Part shown: one piece after another, positions 59,874 to 64,000 of the stretch | Position numbering within the stretch: position 1 is the stretch's first letter | Layout of the letters: the number at the start of each line of letters is the position of its first letter | Assembly (NCBI GenBank): GCA_000092065.1 | Contig: CP000584.1 | Origin: Ostreococcus lucimarinus | Lineage: Eukaryota | Reading direction: 5' to 3' (one strand) | Length of the DNA: 64,000 bases | Translations under genes and position numbers: made by a program | The notes under the pieces: generated by a model | What the model was told of the DNA's origin: nothing | The model's database searches: none | Seen by the model: the letters and a program-made list of their open reading frames with translations, nothing else

Positions 59874-61991
59874 TTAGCCGTCGTAGCTATCGCACGGCGA
59901 GTCGGGGACGCGACCGTGTCTGAACTTGCACGCGTCGCCGTTCCAGCAGTTGCCACGATCGAAGTGTTTGCAATACACCGGCCCTCGGCGCGGCGGATCG
60001 GGTTTCCTCGCGAAGAGCTCAATGCGCTTCCGCTTTAAACTCTGCTGCTGATGCTGTACGTTTTGTAAACGCTGTTGAATTTGCCGTCCGACGACGTCAC
60101 CGTATCTCGCGCCGTTGTTCATCGCCCCGACGTGTGTCTCTGTCGATGAACGACTCACGACTTCGCCCTCTTCGCCGGGCACCCAAAGCTTTTCTAACGG
60201 ATGCGACACACCGGCGTTTTTGTACTGGAACCCGAGCGCGCGTGCGCACCCTTCTGGTGGTGGCGGTGGAACTTCCGTGGCTTGTGTAATTTGCGCTTTC
60301 ATGATTCGGACATCTCCTTGATTCTCACCCTTAGCCATGGACGTCGGAGGCGGAGGAACGTCGACCATCTGCGCATACGCACGCTCTACGGGGGCCAACG
60401 AAGCGAGAGGATGAGGTGCTTGCTGCGGCGTATTCTTCGCATCTTTCTTCGCCTGCACCGCTGCTTTGTGCATCTTCGAAGTCTGATGCTGCGCCCAGAC
60501 GTTCGCCAAGGACGTAGGCGTAGGCGCATGGACGGTGTGATCGCAAATCTTGCACCGCTTTGAATGTTTGAAATCCTTGGTAGTTTCAGCTTTCAGCTGA
60601 GTTTTCGTCTTCTTCACTTGCACTTTTTCTCCGAGTCTTTCGAAAACAGAAGACGCCGGTGGAACTGGAAGTGACGGTATTGGCGACGACGACAACGATT
60701 GCAAGAGCGCGTGACTCTGCGGTGCGTTGTCTTCTTCCCACTTAATGTGTTGCTCCGCACCCTCGAGTGCAGCGTTCGCTTCTTGCCTCGTGATGCTGGC
60801 GTGAAACGGAATTCCGGCCCGATTTAATCGCGCTATTTGCTCTGTAGTGGCGCGCTGGACAAAAAGAACATCGTTCGCGCTTGGAGCGAGCGCGTGACCG
60901 TGGATCTTCATGAACTGGATGCTCGTCGGCAGCGCGACTTCGACTGGATTTGAGAGCACTTCGCGAATCTTTGTCACCTTATCTGACGACATCGAACCGT
61001 AGGCCGCGATGACGAGCGCTGGAAATAACTTGACTCGCTTCACCAAAGTATCCAAAGCGCAGTCCTTGGACGTTCGATTTTTGAAGAAGTCGCGCGCCTC
61101 CTTTTGTAGTGACGACGGAATCGCCTTGGCTATGAAAGAATCGACCGAATGTTGCTCAAAGAGCGCCTGCGAAAACGCGCGCAACACGCGCCACAAATAT
61201 TGCGCGTCTGTCGTCTTTTCGTCATGCGACATTTCCGTGAGCTGGTCGCTCGCAAAAGCGTCCAGTGCGTGCATCGGACCGCCCAAGTACTGCGAGTGCA
61301 TCGTCACCTTGGTGTCCGCTTCGGTGACGTTGAGCAAAGCCTGCGCCACGTCCTTGCAGCGCGTCGCCTTGTCATCCCACGCACTACCCGCTTTGCTCGA
61401 CGCCGCGCCTCGGGTGCGATCCAACGTGAGCTTCAAAGCGTTCAAAGATGTGATCGCATTGCGACCGTCGCTCTTATTCATCGCCTCGGGCACGCTCTCG
61501 GCGAGCGCGTTCGCCGCGTCTTCGATCGCGCGCACCGTCGACTCCGGCAAGTTCTTCGACATGTCATCGCGAACACCAACGCGCTGCGTCAGATGTCGCG
61601 TATATCGCATCAGTTTTTCGTACGGCGACTCCGCCGGAATGCGCATCTCCGACGGCAATCGATCGTGCGCGTCTCGCACGAGCTCCACCGCGTTCGCGAC
61701 CTCCGCGTCTCGCGTCCGCCCAGATCTCTTACACGCCCGAAACGCATTCGCCACCGCGTGCAGCGCGTCTTGAAATCTCTGTTGTCCCTCCCTGTCCGCC
61801 ACGCGCGTCGTCACGCGCGCGTCGTGCCCGCTCTGCAAACCTCGCGAGAGCGTGTTCGCGAACGCCGCGTCCTCGTCATCCTCCTCCGCCGCCGCCGCCG
61901 CCGCCGCGCGTCGCTTCTTCGCCGTCGGCGTCGCGCGCGCGCCGTCCGCGCGCGCGTCGTCCTCGTCGTCCGAGCTCTCCGCCGCGGGCAT
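59874..61991 (-). CDS. NYN/limkain-b1-type domain protein with C-terminal CCCH zinc finger (RNA-binding/RNase-like)
   Basis: MKIHGHALAPSANDVLFVQRATTEQIARLNRAGIPF is NYN-like. CKHFDRGNCWNGDACKFRHG is a C-x7-C-x5-C-x3-H finger. Acidic N-terminus. Confidence 0.55.
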   Translation of the reverse strand: MPAAESSDDEDDARADGARATPTAKKRRAAAAAAAEEDDEDAAFANTLSRGLQSGHDARVTTRVADREGQQRFQDALHAVANAFRACKRSGRTRDAEVANAVELVRDAHDRLPSEMRIPAESPYEKLMRYTRHLTQRVGVRDDMSKNLPESTVRAIEDAANALAESVPEAMNKSDGRNAITSLNALKLTLDRTRGAASSKAGSAWDDKATRCKDVAQALLNVTEADTKVTMHSQYLGGPMHALDAFASDQLTEMSHDEKTTDAQYLWRVLRAFSQALFEQHSVDSFIAKAIPSSLQKEARDFFKNRTSKDCALDTLVKRVKLFPALVIAAYGSMSSDKVTKIREVLSNPVEVALPTSIQFMKIHGHALAPSANDVLFVQRATTEQIARLNRAGIPFHASITRQEANAALEGAEQHIKWEEDNAPQSHALLQSLSSSPIPSLPVPPASSVFERLGEKVQVKKTKTQLKAETTKDFKHSKRCKICDHTVHAPTPTSLANVWAQHQTSKMHKAAVQAKKDAKNTPQQAPHPLASLAPVERAYAQMVDVPPPPTSMAKGENQGDVRIMKAQITQATEVPPPPPEGCARALGFQYKNAGVSHPLEKLWVPGEEGEVVSRSSTETHVGAMNNGARYGDVVGRQIQQRLQNVQHQQQSLKRKRIELFARKPDPPRRGPVYCKHFDRGNCWNGDACKFRHGRVPDSPCDSYDG

Positions 61992-62529
61992 GCCCGCGCG
62001 CCTCGCGTTGACCGACGCCGCCGCGCCGCCGCGCGTCGGCGCCTCGCCCGCGCCTCCACCGCCGCCGTCAGCGACCTCGACGTCGCATCCGCGCGCCGAC
62101 GCGTCGCGCGATGCCGACGCGCGACGCGACGCCGCGCGTCGTCGATGTCGCGTCCGTCGCGTCGGATCTCGGTCGCCCCGTCGATGGGTCGCGACTCGAC
62201 GAGAGTCTCACACTACGCGCCTCGTCCCATCATCCACGCGCGCGATCGCGGCGCGGCGATCGCGCGCGTCGGCGAATCGAAACGCGCGATCTCGACGTCG
62301 TCAGCCAATCGAAACGCGCCGTGGGTCTCCGGTGATCGCGCGAAAGATCGCGCGAAAAAGCGCTCGCCGCGAAAAAGCGCGCGCGCGACGCGCTTTTTCG
62401 CGCGACGCGTCGCGCGCGCGAGACGGCGACGCGCGACGACACGCGAAGCGCGCGGGCGCGATCGAAGGGAACGGGCGTTTAGGGAACGCGCGCGAACGGA
62501 CGGACGGACGCGCGGACGGACGGCGGACG

Positions 62530-63150
62530 GCGGACATGCTGACGCGGGACGACAGCGCGAAGGCGCGACGCGGCGACGATTTCGGAAAGGGCGCGACGCC
62601 GCGGTGCGTGACGGGGTTCGGCGCGAGCGATGGATCGACGACGACGTCGGCGCGATCGACGCCGTCGACGAGCCCGCCGTCGGTGACCGTGGGGGCGTCG
62701 ACGAGCCCGCGACGGGCGCTGCTCGCCGAGGCGCTGCGATCGCGGGCGCGCGATGGCGCGGACGGGGGAACGACGCGCGACGCGCGCGCGCGACGGTCGC
62801 CGAGCGAGGACAGCGAGTATTCGTGCGATGAGAATTTCGTTTTAAAGAGTGCGGGCGGTGGTGTGGATGTCGGCGCGCGCGCGCGCGTTGGGAGCGGGCG
62901 AGACGTCGATGCCGACGTGGCGGTGCGCGAGGCGAGGGACTCGGACGAGGGGGGCTTCGCGTGCGAGTCGCGCGCGGCGTCGACGCCGATCGACATCCCG
63001 CGCGGGAGCGATGGAATGTTACACTGGAAAACATGCGTTCAAACGCGCGAGCGAGCGACGCGGGCCGATGCGCGACGCGCGCGAGGCGACGCGCGAGCGA
63101 GCCCGCCCGTTTTCGGGTGTTCTGACCTAACGACTGACGATCTGGTGTGA
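62530..63150 (+). CDS. possible small hypothetical gene (weak)
   Basis: ATG ORF with fairly high GC3 in a low-complexity GC-rich region. A branch-like cctaacgactgac and a ccag acceptor-like site lie just 3' of it. Confidence 0.2.
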   Translation, partial: ADMLTRDDSAKARRGDDFGKGATPRCVTGFGASDGSTTTSARSTPSTSPPSVTVGASTSPRRALLAEALRSRARDGADGGTTRDARARRSPSEDSEYSCDENFVLKSAGGGVDVGARARVGSGRDVDADVAVREARDSDEGGFACESRAASTPIDIPRGSDGMLHWKTCVQTRERATRADARRARGDARASPPVFGCSDLTTDDLV

Positions 63151-63489
63151 TTCGACCGAATCCAGGCGCCGAAGACGACCGCTCGAACAGCCGCACGTGG
63201 CTTGACGAAGCGCGAACGAAGCGCGATCAAAGAAACTGATGATGACGACGACGTGTACTTTTTTATGATTCTTCGAATGATGCGCCCGAGACGTCGCGGG
63301 CGGTTTTGCACGCAATAAGGCTTCGAGTCCGCTCCTTCGCGTAATACGCGAAGGAACGATGGAACGCGACGCCTCGTGATTATTTTTTGCCGGTTTAGCT
63401 GGCCCAAGCCATATGTATATTCTGCGCCTCAATATCACTCCTTTCGCGCCGAGCAGTGCTGGCACTTGTGTCGATGTAAACTAACATGT

Positions 63490-63945
63490 TCAATTTTCAA
63501 ATTCTAAGACTTGCGCTTCGTTCGCGTCGCACTGTACCGCCATCGCGAGGAGAGGACCAATTTGAACGGTGAATAAATCGCAGAGAGCGTTCGATAGCTC
63601 GCTTGGTTTATCCTCACGCCGAATGAGGGCGGTAAGGAGCGGGTAGATATCGGAGAGGTGCGTTTTGAAACTCGCCGCGTCGAGCGAGCGAACGGCGTCG
63701 AGCGCGTCGACGCACACCTGCGAGTACACGCGCGAGTACTCGCGCAAGTCGACGTCCGATGTCACGGTCTGTAAGCATTCGTAGTTCTTGAATGCGACCG
63801 ACGCGGTGCGCGCGAGCTGATTCGATCGCGCTTCAGATCCATTCGCCGTTACTTGCAAACCGGCGAGCGTACGGAGCGCCAGAGACGCGGCGCTCGCTTC
63901 GACGCCGAGGACGTGTGGACGGGCTTCGTGAATGATGGCTGACAC
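63490..63945 (-). CDS. 3' terminal part of a gene for an alpha-helical (HEAT/ARM-like) protein, probably continuing beyond the window
   Basis: ORF with ordinary composition ending ...LAMAVQCDANEAQVLEFEN. The 5' part lies outside or upstream of the window. Confidence 0.4.
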   Translation of the reverse strand: MSAIIHEARPHVLGVEASAASLALRTLAGLQVTANGSEARSNQLARTASVAFKNYECLQTVTSDVDLREYSRVYSQVCVDALDAVRSLDAASFKTHLSDIYPLLTALIRREDKPSELSNALCDLFTVQIGPLLAMAVQCDANEAQVLEFEN

Positions 63946-64000
63946 GCGCGGTATCGTTTCGTGCTCGCTGAAACATATGAGCGAAAGTGATGCCTTTGAT

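Noticed and set aside
62000-63200. Extremely GC-rich low-complexity block with long ORFs on both strands (61852..63150 +, 62213..63196 -)
   Set aside because: Mostly R/A/S-rich translations. Only the distal plus-strand part (62530..63150) has marginally protein-like composition, so it is kept as a very low-confidence feature.
1-64000. CRISPR arrays, rRNA or tRNA genes, prokaryotic operon structure
   Set aside because: No regularly spaced direct repeats with unique spacers. No tRNA cloverleaf-like or rDNA-like sequence recognised. Spliceosomal introns and eukaryotic gene content indicate a nuclear eukaryotic locus.

Overview
This window is GC-rich (about 65-70%), gene-dense eukaryotic nuclear DNA. 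The gene content points to a green picoalga, possibly Mamiellophyceae or Micromonas-like, but that is an inference. It carries starch metabolism genes (glucan water dikinase, starch branching enzyme) and many plastid- or mitochondrion-targeted proteins: Psb27, PetM, DiT 2-oxoglutarate/malate translocator, PAM71/GDT1, CLC channel, mitochondrial HSP70, prohibitin, bL28m. Intergenic spacers are tiny, often under 100 bp. I call about 42 protein-coding genes on both strands and no rRNA, tRNA, CRISPR or transposon genes. Several genes have short 5' exons that a Met-to-stop ORF track cannot see. They follow one strict intron grammar: donor GTGCG[C/T], branch point ACTGAC or ACTAAC about 12-40 nt before the acceptor AG. 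With it I reconstructed split models for TBCA, LZIC, prohibitin, mitochondrial HSP70, RPL34 (three exons), bL28m and a BCA2-type RING-H2 ligase. Many very long ORFs in the supplied track are arginine/alanine-rich out-of-frame or antisense readings caused by the GC content, and I reject them. The most interesting call is a selenoprotein U (PRXL2/SelU family) gene on the minus strand at 41175..41912. Its in-frame TGA at 41631..41633 sits exactly where the first Cys of the CxxC redox motif belongs, so it is a candidate Sec codon giving a UxxC site; no SECIS could be found by eye and the Sec assignment is unconfirmed. Other notable features are GWD and UTP4 genes whose best start codons overlap on a CATG palindrome, a single-chain tandem retropepsin-like protease with an organellar presequence, a CTR copper transporter with a large Cys-rich ectodomain, and convergent gene pairs whose stop codons lie 11-23 bp apart.
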